Source: Felis catus (lineage: Eukaryota). Taken from it: 64,000 nt of DNA. A program made the translations under genes and the position numbers. A model generated the notes under the pieces. The model did not search any database and was not told where the DNA came from. It worked only from the letters and a program-made list of their open reading frames with translations. Of the stretch, positions 13,883-25,272 are shown piece after piece (position 1 is the first letter of the stretch; each line of letters starts with the position of its first letter). The stretch lies in contig NC_058368.1 of the NCBI RefSeq assembly GCF_018350175.1, positions 31,188,001-31,252,000 of the forward strand, in the 5' to 3' direction.

Positions 13883-14091
13883 TTTTTTTTTTTTTATTTT
13901 AGAGACAGAGAGCTTGAGCAGAGGAAAGAAGCAGGAGCAGCATGAGAGGGAGAGAGAGAGAAAGAGAGAGAGAGAAAATGAATCTCAAGCAAACTCTAAC
14001 ACAGCATAGAGCCCAACACAGGGCTTACTCTCATGACTCAAGCTAAAATCAAGAGTCTGATGCTTAACCAATTGAGCCACCCAGGCACACC
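13883..14091 (-). mobile_element. Can-SINE nested in L1 copy B
   Basis: TSD gtaatagaggc (13872-13882) / gtaatagtggc (14093-14103). Confidence 0.92.
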
Positions 14092-14362
14092 AGTAATAGT
14101 GGCTTTGAATGATATACTGGACCAGATGGATCTAACACCTGTACATCTCATCCTAAAACAGCAAAACACATTCTTTTCAAGTGTACATGGAACATTCTCC
14201 AGAACAGATAACATATTAGGCCACAAAACAAGTCTCAAATTCAAAGGATTGAAATAATACCTTGCATCTTTTCTGAACACCAGGCTATAAAACTAAATAT
14301 CAACCATAAGAAAAAAATCTGGAAAGAGCACAAATACATGGAGATTAAATGTCTTGCTACTA

Positions 14363-14583
14363 GGGGCGCCTGGGTGGCGCAGTCGGTTAAGCGTCCGACT
14401 TCAGCCAGGTCACGATCTTGTGGTCCGTGAGTTCGAGCCCCACGTCAGGCTCTGGGCTGATGGCTCAGAGCCTGGAGCCTGTTTCCGATTCTGTGTCTCC
14501 CTCTCTCTCTGCCCCTCGCCCGTTCATGCTCTGTCTCTCTCTGTCCCAAAAATAAATAAATGTTGAAAAAAAAATTAAAAAAA
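14363..14583 (+). mobile_element. Young felid-type Can-SINE (SINEC_Fc-like)
   Basis: Head 'ggggcgcctgggtggcgcagtcggttaagcgtccgacttcagccaggtcacgatc'. Perfect 16-bp TSD aaatgtcttgctacta (14347-14362 / 14584-14599). Confidence 0.97.
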
Positions 14584-14951
14584 AAATGTCTTGCTACTAA
14601 ACAATGACTGGGTCAACCAAGAAATCAAAGAAGAAATAAAAATTACATGAAAGCAAATGAAAATGAAAACACAATGGTGCAAAATCTTTGGGATGCAGCA
14701 AAAGCAGTTCTGAGAGGGAGGTTTCTAGCAAAGCAGGTCTACCTCAAGAAGCAACAAAAATCTCAAACAACCTAACCTTATACCTAAAGGAGTTAAGAAA
14801 GGAGAACAAACAAAATGCAAAAACAACAGAAAGAAGGAAATAATAGAGTAGTTAAATGAAATAGAATCTAAGGAAAAAATAAAAGATCAATGAAACCAGG
14901 AGCTGGTTATTTGAAAAGACCAACAAAATTAATAAGGCTCTAGCCAGACTC

Positions 14952-14955
<4 letters not shown>

Positions 14956-15000
<45 letters not shown>
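14956..15000. repeat. (GA)n microsatellite
   Basis: Directly visible inside L1 ORF2. Confidence 0.95.
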
Positions 15001-15004
<4 letters not shown>

Positions 15005-16074
15005 AGAGAAATATGCAACACCACAAATGAAAGAGTGGAAATAAAAACCAATGCCACAGAAATAAAAACAATTATAATAGAATATTATGAAAAATTATAT
15101 ACCAACAAATTGGACAACCACAAGGAAATGGAAATTCTAAGAAACCTATAACCTCTCATAACTCAATAAGGAAGAAATAAAAATTTAAACAGAATGAGTA
15201 CCAGCAATGAAAGTAAATCAGTAATTTAAAAAATTCTAACAAAAGTTCAGGACCAGGCAGCTTCACAGTCAAATTTTACCGAACATTGAAAGAAGAGTTA
15301 ATAGCTATTCTTCCCAAAACTATTCCAAAAAATAGAACAGGAAGGAAAACTTCCAACTTCATTTTATGAGGCCAATATCACCCTGATTTCCAAAACCAGA
15401 TAAAGACACTACAAAAAAAAGAGAACATGCCAAGATCTCTGATAAAAATAAATGCAAAAATCCCCAACAAAATATTAGCAAACTGAATCCAACAATATAT
15501 TAAAAAATCATTCACCATGGTCAAGAGGGATTCATTCCTGAGATGGGAGGGTGGTTTAGTATTCACCTATCAATCCACATGATACATCACATCAACAAGA
15601 GAAAGGATAAAAACCATATGAACATTTCAATAGATGCATAAAAAAAATGGAAAAAGTACAACATCCATTCATGATAATATCCTTCAACAAAGTAGGTTTA
15701 GAGGCAACATACCTCAAAATAATAAAGGTCTTATATGAAAAACCCACAGAAAAAAATAATATTCAACGGGGGAAAAATGAGAGCTTTTCCTATAAGGTCA
15801 AGTAAACGTCCACTCACAACACTTGTATTCAGCATAGTACTAGAAATCTTCGCCACAACAATCAGACCACAAAAAGAAATACATCCAAATCTGTAAGGAA
15901 GAAGTAAATTTTTCACTATTTGCAGATGACATGATACTATATATAGAAAACCCTAAAGACTCCAAAATACTATTAGAACTAATAAACTTTGTAAAGTCAC
16001 AAGATACAAAGTCGATACACAGATATCCATTTCATACCTATACATGAAAATGAAACGTCAAGAAGTCAAATTAA

Positions 16075-16294
16075 GGGGCACCTGGGTGGCTCAGTGAGTT
16101 AAGTGTCCTACTTGGGCTCAGGTCATGATCTCGCAGTTTGTGAGTTTGAACCCCTCATCAGGCTCTGTGCTAACAGCTTAGAGCCTGGAACCTGCTTCAG
16201 ATTCTGTGTCTCCCTCTCTCTCTCTGCTCCTCCCCTGCTTGTACTCTGTATCTTATTGTCTCTAGAATAAATTAAAAAATTACTTTTATTTAAA
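16075..16294 (+). mobile_element. Can-SINE nested in L1 copy B
   Basis: Head 'ggggcacctgggtggctcagtgagttaag'. Flanked by aaattaag repeats. Confidence 0.92.
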
Positions 16295-16478
16295 TGAAAT
16301 TAAGAACACAATCCCATTTATAATTGCCCCCAAAATAATAAAGTACCTAGGAATAAATTTAGACCAAGTGGTGAAAGACTTGTACTCTGAAAAGTATAAA
16401 ATAGTGATTAAAGAAACTGAAGATGACACAAATGGAAAGACATTCCACGCTCATTGATTAGAAGAATAAATGTTATTA

Positions 16479-16682
16479 AATTTTTTAATCTTTATTTATT
16501 TTTCAGAGTGAGAGAAACAGCGAGCAGGGGAGGAACAGAGAGAGGAGACACAGAACCCGAAGCAGGCTCCACGCTCTGAGCTGTCAGCACAGAGCCCAAT
16601 TCAGGGCTCAAACCCACGAACCACAAGATCATGACCTGAGCCGAAGTTGGACACCCAACTGACTGAACCACCCAGGCACCCC
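16479..16682 (-). mobile_element. Can-SINE nested in L1 copy B
   Basis: Perfect TSD agaataaatgttatta (16463-16478 / 16683-16698). Confidence 0.95.
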
Positions 16683-16929
16683 AGAATAAATGTTATTACA
16701 ATGTCCATCATACCCAAAGCAATCTACAGATTTAATGTAATCCCTATCAAAATACCAACAGCATTTCTCACAGAACTAAACAAACAATCCTAAAATTTGC
16801 ATGGAACCACAAAAGACCCTAAATAGCCAAAGTACTCTTGAAAGAGAAAAAAACTGGAGGTATCACAATTCCAGACTTCAAGTTACATTGCAAAGTGGTA
16901 GTAATTAAAACAGTATAGTATGGCAGAAA

Positions 16930-16968
<39 letters not shown>

Positions 16969-18020
16969 GGTACAGGCACAGAAATAGACACATACCTCAA
17001 TAGAATAGAACAGAAAATCTAGAAATAAAGCCAACATTATATGGCCAATTAATATTCAACAAAGGAGGAATAAATATACAATGGGAAAAAGTCTCTTCAA
17101 CAAATGGTGCTGGGAAAAATGGAAAAAGTAGACAGCCACATGCAAAAGAATGAAACTGGACCCCTTTCCTAGACCATACACAAAAATAAACTCAAAATGG
17201 ATTAAAGACCTAAATATGGGACCTGAAACCATAAAAATGCTAGAAAAGAACACAGGCAGTAATTTCTCTGGCATCAGCCATAGCAACATTTTTCTAGATA
17301 TGTTCCCTGAGGAAGGGAAATTAAAGCAAAAACAAACTATTGGGACTACATCAAAATACAAAGCTTCTTAACAGTGAGGGAAACCGTCAACAAAACCAAG
17401 AGGCACCCTAATGAATGGGGAAAGATATTTGCAAATAACGTATCTGATAAAGGGTTAGTATCTAAAACCTATGAAGTACTTATACAACTCAACACCAAAT
17501 AAACCTCCAAATAGTCCAATTTAAAAAATGCACAGAAGACATACAGATGACCGACACACACGTGAAAAGATGCTCAACGTCACTCATCCTCAGGAAAATG
17601 CAAATTAAAATTATAGTGAACCATCACCTCACACCTGTCAGGATGACTAAAATCAAAAACTCAAACAAGTGTTGGTGAGGTTGTGGGGAAACAAGGAACC
17701 CTTTTGCACGATTGGTGGAAATGCAAAGGGGTAAAGCTACTGTGGATGACAGTATGGGGTTTCCTCAAAAAATTAAAAATAGAACTACCCTATTATCCAG
17801 TAACTGCATTACTGGGCATTTACTCAAAAAATGCAAAAAACACTAAAGGGATATATGTATGTACCCAAATGTTGATTGAAACATCATTTACAATAGCCAA
17901 ACTATGGAAGCAGCCCACGTGTCCCTCAATGGATGAATGGGTAAAGAAGACTTAGGGGATGTGTGTGCATGTGTGTGTGTGTAATGAAATATTATTCAGC
18001 CTTTAAAAAGAATGAAATCT

Positions 18021-18205
18021 GGGACACCTGAGTGGCTCAGTCAGTCGAGTGTCTGACTTCAGCTCAGGTCACGATATATCACGGTGCAAGAGTTTATGCC
18101 CTGCATCAGGCTCACTGCTGTCAGCAAAGAGCTCACTTTGCAGCCTCAGTCCCTCTGTGCCCTTCCCCTGCTCATTCTCTCTCAAAATTGAATATTTATT
18201 TTTTT
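18021..18205 (+). mobile_element. Can-SINE nested in L1 copy B
   Basis: TSD aaaagaatgaaatct (18006-18020 / 18206-18220). Confidence 0.93.
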
Positions 18206-18477
18206 AAAAGAATGAAATCTTGTCATTTGTAACAACATGAATGGATGTAGAGAGTATAATGTTAAGTAAAATAAACCAATCAAAGAAAACAAATACTATA
18301 TGATCTCACTCACGTGTGGAATTTAAGAAACAAAACAAAACAAAGGAAAAAAACAAAAATAGCAACCCACAGAAAACAGACTCCTAAGTATAGAGAACAA
18401 AAAGATGGTTACCTGAGAAGAGGTGCAGTTGAGGATGGGTTGAAATAGGTGATGGGGATTAAGAGTACAATTATCTT

Positions 18478-18698
18478 GGGGCACCTGGGTGGCTCAGTAG
18501 GTTAAGTGTCTGACTTCAGCTTAGGTCATGATCTCACAGTCTGTGAGTTCGAGCCCCGCGTCGGGCTCTGTGCTGACAGCTCAGAGCCTGGAGCCTGTTT
18601 CAGATTCTGTGTCTCCCTCTCTCTCTGCCCCTCCCCTGCTCATGCTCTGTCTCTGTCTCAAAAATAAATAAAAACATTAAAACATTTGTTTTTAAAAA
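18478..18698 (+). mobile_element. Can-SINE nested in L1 copy B 3' UTR
   Basis: Perfect TSD aagagtacaattatctt (18461-18477 / 18699-18715). Confidence 0.96.
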
Positions 18699-18845
18699 AA
18701 GAGTACAATTATCTTGATAATTGCGCAGAGTGATACATGGAAGTGTTGAATCACTATATTGTACACTTGAAACTAATATAGCACCGTATGTTTACCACAG
18801 TGGAATTAAAATAAAAAAATAATAAAGTATCAGAAGATTTGCTAA

Positions 18846-19050
18846 CAAAAAGAAAATTGCTGTGAGTTAAAGTTAAGTGTTCCCACTGATGATAGATAGA
18901 TATAAGCATATGAAGTGATGGATCTGTTAATTAACTCATTGGGGGAAATCCTTTCACAATGTATACATATATCAATTCATCACCTTGTACATTTGACATA
19001 TCTTACAATTTATTTGTCACTTATACCTCAGTGAAGCAGAGGGGAAAATA
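18846..19050 (+). mobile_element. Older L1 (L1MA-like) 3' end
   Basis: 'gtgatggatctgttaattaact...cctttcacaatgtatacatatatcaa...atcttacaatttatttgtcacttatacctcagtgaagc' resembles L1MA 3' termini. Confidence 0.75.
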
Positions 19051-22000
19051 TTTATATTGAGTTAGGTGAAAATTAAATGCCTAAAAGTAAATTGGATTCA
19101 TCTTTATCCTCATTGACAGGAAAATTTTGATCAGGTTGAAGACTCTTTTATAAATTTTGCACATAAATAATGGGGCAATTTCTTAGGAATTACCCTAATA
19201 CTTAATGACATTATAATAAACATCAGGATGCCTTATAAAGACAAGAGGTTTTGTCTAAAAACAAAAACAAAAAGTTGTTTTCCCAAAAATACTTGAGTCC
19301 CTTCACAGGCAGAAGTGAACATCCCTCATACTATGGGAATGCTTGTACAATCATGAACATCCTTCCTTCTGTCTCTGATTCTTTATTCCAAGAACTTTTG
19401 ATACTTATAGCTAGTGAATGACTTGAAGTAGTATCTTTTTAGTGACAACACTGGATTTAATTTAAAACGTATGGCAGAAAATCCATCGCTTCAGTAATGT
19501 ACTTACTTTGTGTCTATTAAGGATGGCCTTTGCTCCCAATAAAGTTATGTAGGCACAGTTGTTCTCTAGTCATTATAACATTATTTTCTTAATGAGATGG
19601 TTTTACTTTTACTTCAAAATGAAATAAAATATATTTTATTGTACTCTCCTTGGGTCTATTCAAATTATGAAAAGCATAATGCTTATTAATGACAAGTGAA
19701 GAAAGCAATGGCTAATATTCTCTCATCCTTCCTGCCTGCCTCTGAAAATGATAATTACAATTTTAATTTGAACACTAGGCATACTTTTGAAATGTTCACC
19801 ATGTGATACTTCTAAGTTGACTCTATAGTTATTTTTTATTATGAATCATACAGGCACTATAGTTTGAATTAAATTTTTCAATCATAAAAACATTTATATT
19901 ACTACTATTGATTTAAACATTAAGAGTTTCAAGATGCAGTCTTTCCCAGTTAGTGATATTTATGGTATACACTTTCATAAATTTAATGGCCACCATTGCA
20001 GAGGAGATTACTGCTATTATGAAGCGTTAAAGGGGTCTGGCTATTTTCTCATAAGCAAATGCTATGCCAACAAAGCTCAGCAGAGTTATCTGTTTTCATA
20101 GGATTTTTCTAAATCAAAGATTACATTTTATTCAATGGTGAAAATATGTTATTTACAAACAAAAACAGAGGAAAGAATTAGCTAAAATTAAAAACATTTC
20201 CTATTTATGTAGAGTACCACTTATCTTAAAATGCATTACATTTTTAATTTTTAATATAAATATATAGTTATCAAATTATTTTGATAATTATATTATTTTT
20301 AAAATATTGTTCCTAAAATCCTTTTAGACTCAATGAAAAAAAACGTGGTTACCCATAACAAAGTTGCAGTAAGAGCAAACTTAAAAGCCTTACTTTAGAC
20401 ATAGAAGTGTGGCCTTTACCTTCAGACTAATGTTCTGAAATTTTTATGTAATTTTATATTTCCTTATTACCTCTTTATAATTCCTCAAAGAATTCTTATT
20501 TCATATGTATTTGCTTAGAATGTTTTTCTAATAGCTTCTTTTCAATATGCCTTTAGAAAACTTCTTGCAAAAGGTAGCCTACAAATATATTACATTAATT
20601 TTAAAACACGTACTGAGTAAAATATTCACCAACTTATAAAATTTTCAACTATTTTTATAATTTTGGGCAATAGTGGAAATAGATCACTTTGTTAACATTC
20701 TTTTTTGTTATGCTTTTCATTACTTTGAAATTTCCGTAATGCATTTTATTCATCCCTGGCAAATATGTCCCATATCCACCTCTGTGAATCCTGGATTACA
20801 GATTACTAGGTGGTGCTTTGTTTTGCTTCATGCCTTGGTTCAGAGTATTAATTGTGGATATCATAGTTCTGGTGAAAATTTTTCTTATTAAAAAATCTTC
20901 AGGGCACCATGAGAAGATGGCAGGATAGGAGGACCCTAAGCCCCCCTGGACCTTCTGGTATACCTAGATAACACTCACATTGGCAAAACCCAAAAGAAAT
21001 GATTCAAAGATTGGCAAAACAAACTCCACAACTAAAGATAGAGAAGAAACTACACCAAAAAGATAAGAAGGGGGAGATGCAGTTTGGGAGCAAAATGGAC
21101 CATGGCCATCCAGGATGAAAAGGGAGCGAGTGGCACAGAGAAGGGCACAGAAATAGATTATCATACTGGGGAGCCCAAGTGGGGAAGACAAATCCCCATC
21201 ATATTTGGCTTTAAAAGCAAGAAGGGCTGAATTTTGTGAGTTCTTACAATCAGGAAGACTTAAAACTTGCAATTCAAAAATTAAGTGGGCTAGACTCTGT
21301 GAGAGTCTTGAGGAAGCCAAGTTCCTGCCCCTAAAGAGACAGCAGGACAAACAGCCAGAGGAGACACAGTGAGGAAGCAGCAGTTTGAAAAATAACTGGG
21401 GCAGAAGGGAGGGAGATTGTTTACTCATCTCAGAGCTGGCAGTTAGAGGCAGGGATCACCATGAGACTGCTGCAGGAACAAAGGAGCTAGATGACCTTTC
21501 CCTCCCCCACCCCCCAATGTAAACACATAGCCACCTGCAGGAACCAGCACAGGGCTAACACTCCCTACCAAATTTTCTTCCGTGAAGCCCTAAACTTCCA
21601 AAGATCTGCCTCTGCCAATTACAATTGCTTCAGTCCTGGCACTGAGGACCTCTTCCTGAGAAGACCAGCACAAACCCCCACCAACACCTTGTCTCCTGAC
21701 CTGTATACTTTGCAGGGCTTCAGTTCCAGCAGCAGTGGTGGACTAGCACAAGCAGACTAGCACACCCCTTGTTAAAACCTGCCCCATATAGCCAGGGACC
21801 AAACAGGGCCCACAACAGGCATAGTGAGCTTCTCCAGACAACTGGACTGAAGGGAAAAGAGTACACTCAGCACACATAGGAGATGCTCCCTCAAGTGCCA
21901 GGCCCTGGGGAAGAGGAGACACTCCACTGTAGGTCACTACAGGACCTCTTCCCCACAAGGCCTTTACCTTAGGTCACTACAGGACCTCTTCCCCACAAGG

Positions 22001-23282
22001 CCTTTACCTTCAAGATCAAGAGATGTAGCTGACTTTCCTAACACACAGAAACAGACACAGTTAGACAAAATGAGAATCAAACGGAATATCTCCCAAATGA
22101 GAGTGTATAAAAACAAGACCCTAGAAGAGACTCATTTCAGTCCAAAAGACACCTGCAGATTGAAAGTAAGGGGATAGAGAAGCATTTGTCATGTAAACGG
22201 TTGTCAAAAGAAAGCTCAAGTAGTAATATTTATATAGGACAAAATACACTTGAACACAAAGACTGCAACAAGCGACAAAGAGGAACTATATAATCATATA
22301 ATCCAACAAGAAAGCATACCAATTACAAATATTTATGCACCCAACATGGAATCACCCAAATATATAAAGTAGTTAATAACAAATGTAAATGAACTAGTCA
22401 ATAGTAATACAATAACAGTAAAGGAAGTTAACACCCTCACTTACATCGATGGACAGATCATCTACATAGAATCGACAAGGAAATAGTGGATTTGAATAAC
22501 ACACTGGAACAGATGGCTCTAACACATATCTATTCATAATATTCCATCCTAAAACAGCAGAATACACATTCTTTATAAGTGCACATGGAACATTCTCCAG
22601 AATAGATCACATATTAGGTCACAAAACAAGTCTCAACAAAGTCAAAGGATTGAAATTACACTATGCATCTTTTCTGACCGCAATTCTATGAAACTAGATA
22701 TAAAGCACAAGAAAAAAATCTGGAAAGAGCACAAATACATGAATGTTAAATCACATACTACTAAACAATGAATGGGAGTCAACCAAGAAATTGAAGAAGG
22801 AATAAACAATCACATGAGAACAAATGAAAATGAAAACATAATGGTGCAAAATCTATGGGATGCGGTACAAGCAGTTCTGAGAGGGAGGTTTGTAGCAAAG
22901 CAGGTCTACCTCAAGAAACAACAAAATCTCTAACAACCTAACTGGATACCTCAGGGAGCTAGATAAACGATAACAAAACCCAAAATGAGCAGAAAGAAGG
23001 AATAAAGATTAGAGTAGAAATAAATGAAATAGAAACTTAAAAAAAAAAGGCAGTAGAAAGGGTCAATGCAAACAGGAGCTAGTTCTTTGAAAAGGTCAAA
23101 AAAATTGATTACCTCTAGCCAGACTCAGAAGAAAGACAAAAAGAAGGGGAAGGGTAGAGGATGAGGAAGAGCAGAAGCCAGGACCCCAATAAACACAATC
23201 ACTCATGAAACAGGAGAAATAATAGCCAACACCATATAAATACAAGCAGATGTGTAACAATATTATTTAAATAATTATGCCA

Positions 23283-23475
23283 GGGTGCCTGGGTGGCTCA
23301 GTTGGTTAAGTGTCCAACTCTTGATTTTGCCTCAGGTCATGATCTCATGGTTCATGGGTTCAGGCCCGGCATGGGGCTCTGCAGTGACAGTGTGGAGCCT
23401 GCTTATGATTCTCTTCCTTGCTCTCTCTGCCTATCCCTCCTCTCCGTCTCTCTCAAAATAAGCAAACATTTAAAA
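23283..23475 (+). mobile_element. Can-SINE nested in L1 copy C
   Basis: Head 'gggtgcctgggtggctcagttggttaagtgtcc', CT-rich segment and A-tail. Confidence 0.92.
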
Positions 23476-23790
23476 ATTACAGCAACAAATTGGACAACCT
23501 GGAAGAAATGGATAAATTCCTTCAAATATACAGCCTCCCAAAACCCAATCAAGAAGAAATAGAAAATTTGAATAGATCAATAACCAGAAAATAAGTTATA
23601 AGCCTATCAATGTTGTATTCAGATTGTTACAGTGAATATGAAGCATGCGGTCTCTCCTTTATAAAGAAAAAGACCATAAAACTTGAGTATGAAATAAAAA
23701 AATAAATAAATGAGAAATTAAGACACTCCAGGTAAACAAAAGCAAAGGGATACTACCACTATACTACCCTATAGTAATACTAAAGGAAGC

Positions 23791-25080
23791 AAAACTATAT
23801 GGTCAACTAATCTTCGACAAAGCAGGGAAGTATATCCAATGGGAAAAAGACTGTGTCTTCAACAAATGGAGTTGGACAGTAACATGCACAAGAATGAAAC
23901 TGAACCACTTTCTTACACAAAAATAAATTCAAAATGGGTGAAAGACCTAAATGTGAGACAGGGAACCTTCAAAATCCTAGAGGAGAACACAGGCAGCAAC
24001 CTCTTTGACTTCATTTGGAGCAGCTTCTTACTAGATATGTAACCGAAGGCAAGCAAAGCAAAAGCAAACATCAAGATAAAAAGCTTTTGCACAGTGAAGG
24101 AAACAATCAACAAAACAACTCCTATGGGAGAAGATATTTGCAAATGACATATTGTATAAAGGGTTGCTATCCAAAATCTATAAAGAACTTACCAAACTTA
24201 ACACCCAAAAAACAAATAATCCGATGAAGAAATGAATAGACACTTTTCCAAAGAAGACATGTACATGGCCAACAGACACATTAAAATATGCTCAACATCA
24301 CTCATCATTAAGGAAATACAAATCAAAACCACGATGAGATACCACCTCACACCTGTCAGGATGGCTAAAATTAACAACACAAGAAAACAGGTGTTGGCAA
24401 GGATGTGGAGAAAGGGGAACCTTCTTGCACTGCTGGTGGGAATACAAACTGGTGCAGCCATTCTGGAGAACAGTATGGAGGTTCCTCAAAAAAACTAAAA
24501 ATAGAACAACCCTACAGTCTAGTAATTACACTATTAGCTATTTACCCAAAGAACACACAAATGCAGAGTTATAGGGGTACATGCACCCGGGCATATATAG
24601 CAGCATTATCAACAATAGCCAAACTATGGAGAAAGCCCAAATGTCCATCAACAGATGAATGCATAAAAAAGATGTGGCATATATACACAATGGAATATTA
24701 CTCGGCCATCAAAAGGAATGAAATCTTGGCATTTGCAATGACATAGGTGGAGCCAGAAAGTATTATGGTAGATAACATAAGTCAAACAGAAAGACAAATA
24801 CCAAATGATTTCACTCATATGGGGAATATAAGTAATAAAACAAATGAACATATGAAAAGAGGTGAGGGAGAATAAAGGAAAACAAACCACAAGGGACTCT
24901 TAACAATAGAAAACAAACAGAGTTGATGGAGGGAGATGAATGGGAGATGGGCTAGATGGGCAATGAGTATTAAGGAAGGCGCTTGTTGTGATGAGCACTG
25001 GGTGTTGTATGTAAGTTATGAATCATTGAATTCTACTTCTGAAACCAATACTGCACTGTATGTTAAATAAAATTAAATAT
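23791..25080 (+). mobile_element. 5'-truncated L1 (ORF2 C-terminus + 3' UTR) nested in L1 copy C
   Basis: ORF2 C-terminal frames (MNRHFSKED..., MEYYSAIKRNEILAFA). 3' UTR differs from those of copies A and B. Followed by (TA)n at 25077-25127. Confidence 0.9.
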
Positions 25081-25237
25081 ATATATATGTATATATATAC
25101 GTATATATATATATATATATATATATATTCTTCTAAAAACTATTCCAAAAATAGAAGAGGAAGGAAAACTTCCATATTCATTCTATGAGGCCAATATCAC
25201 TCTGATTCCAAAATCAGGCAAAGACATTACCAAAAAA

Positions 25238-25272
<35 letters not shown>

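Larger units (their letters stand above)
11261..18833 (+). mobile_element. LINE-1 copy B: near full-length carnivore L1 (5' UTR, ORF1, ORF2, 3' UTR), decayed, with six nested SINEs
   Basis: 5' UTR from about 11270. ORF1 starts at 12233 (MKRQRNMSQMEEQ). ORF2 remnants include the RT motif 'tttgcagatgacatg' (FADDM) near 15920. 3' UTR and A-tail near 18820. Tentative TSD aagatttacta (11249-11259) / aagatttgcta (18834-18844). Confidence 0.93.
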
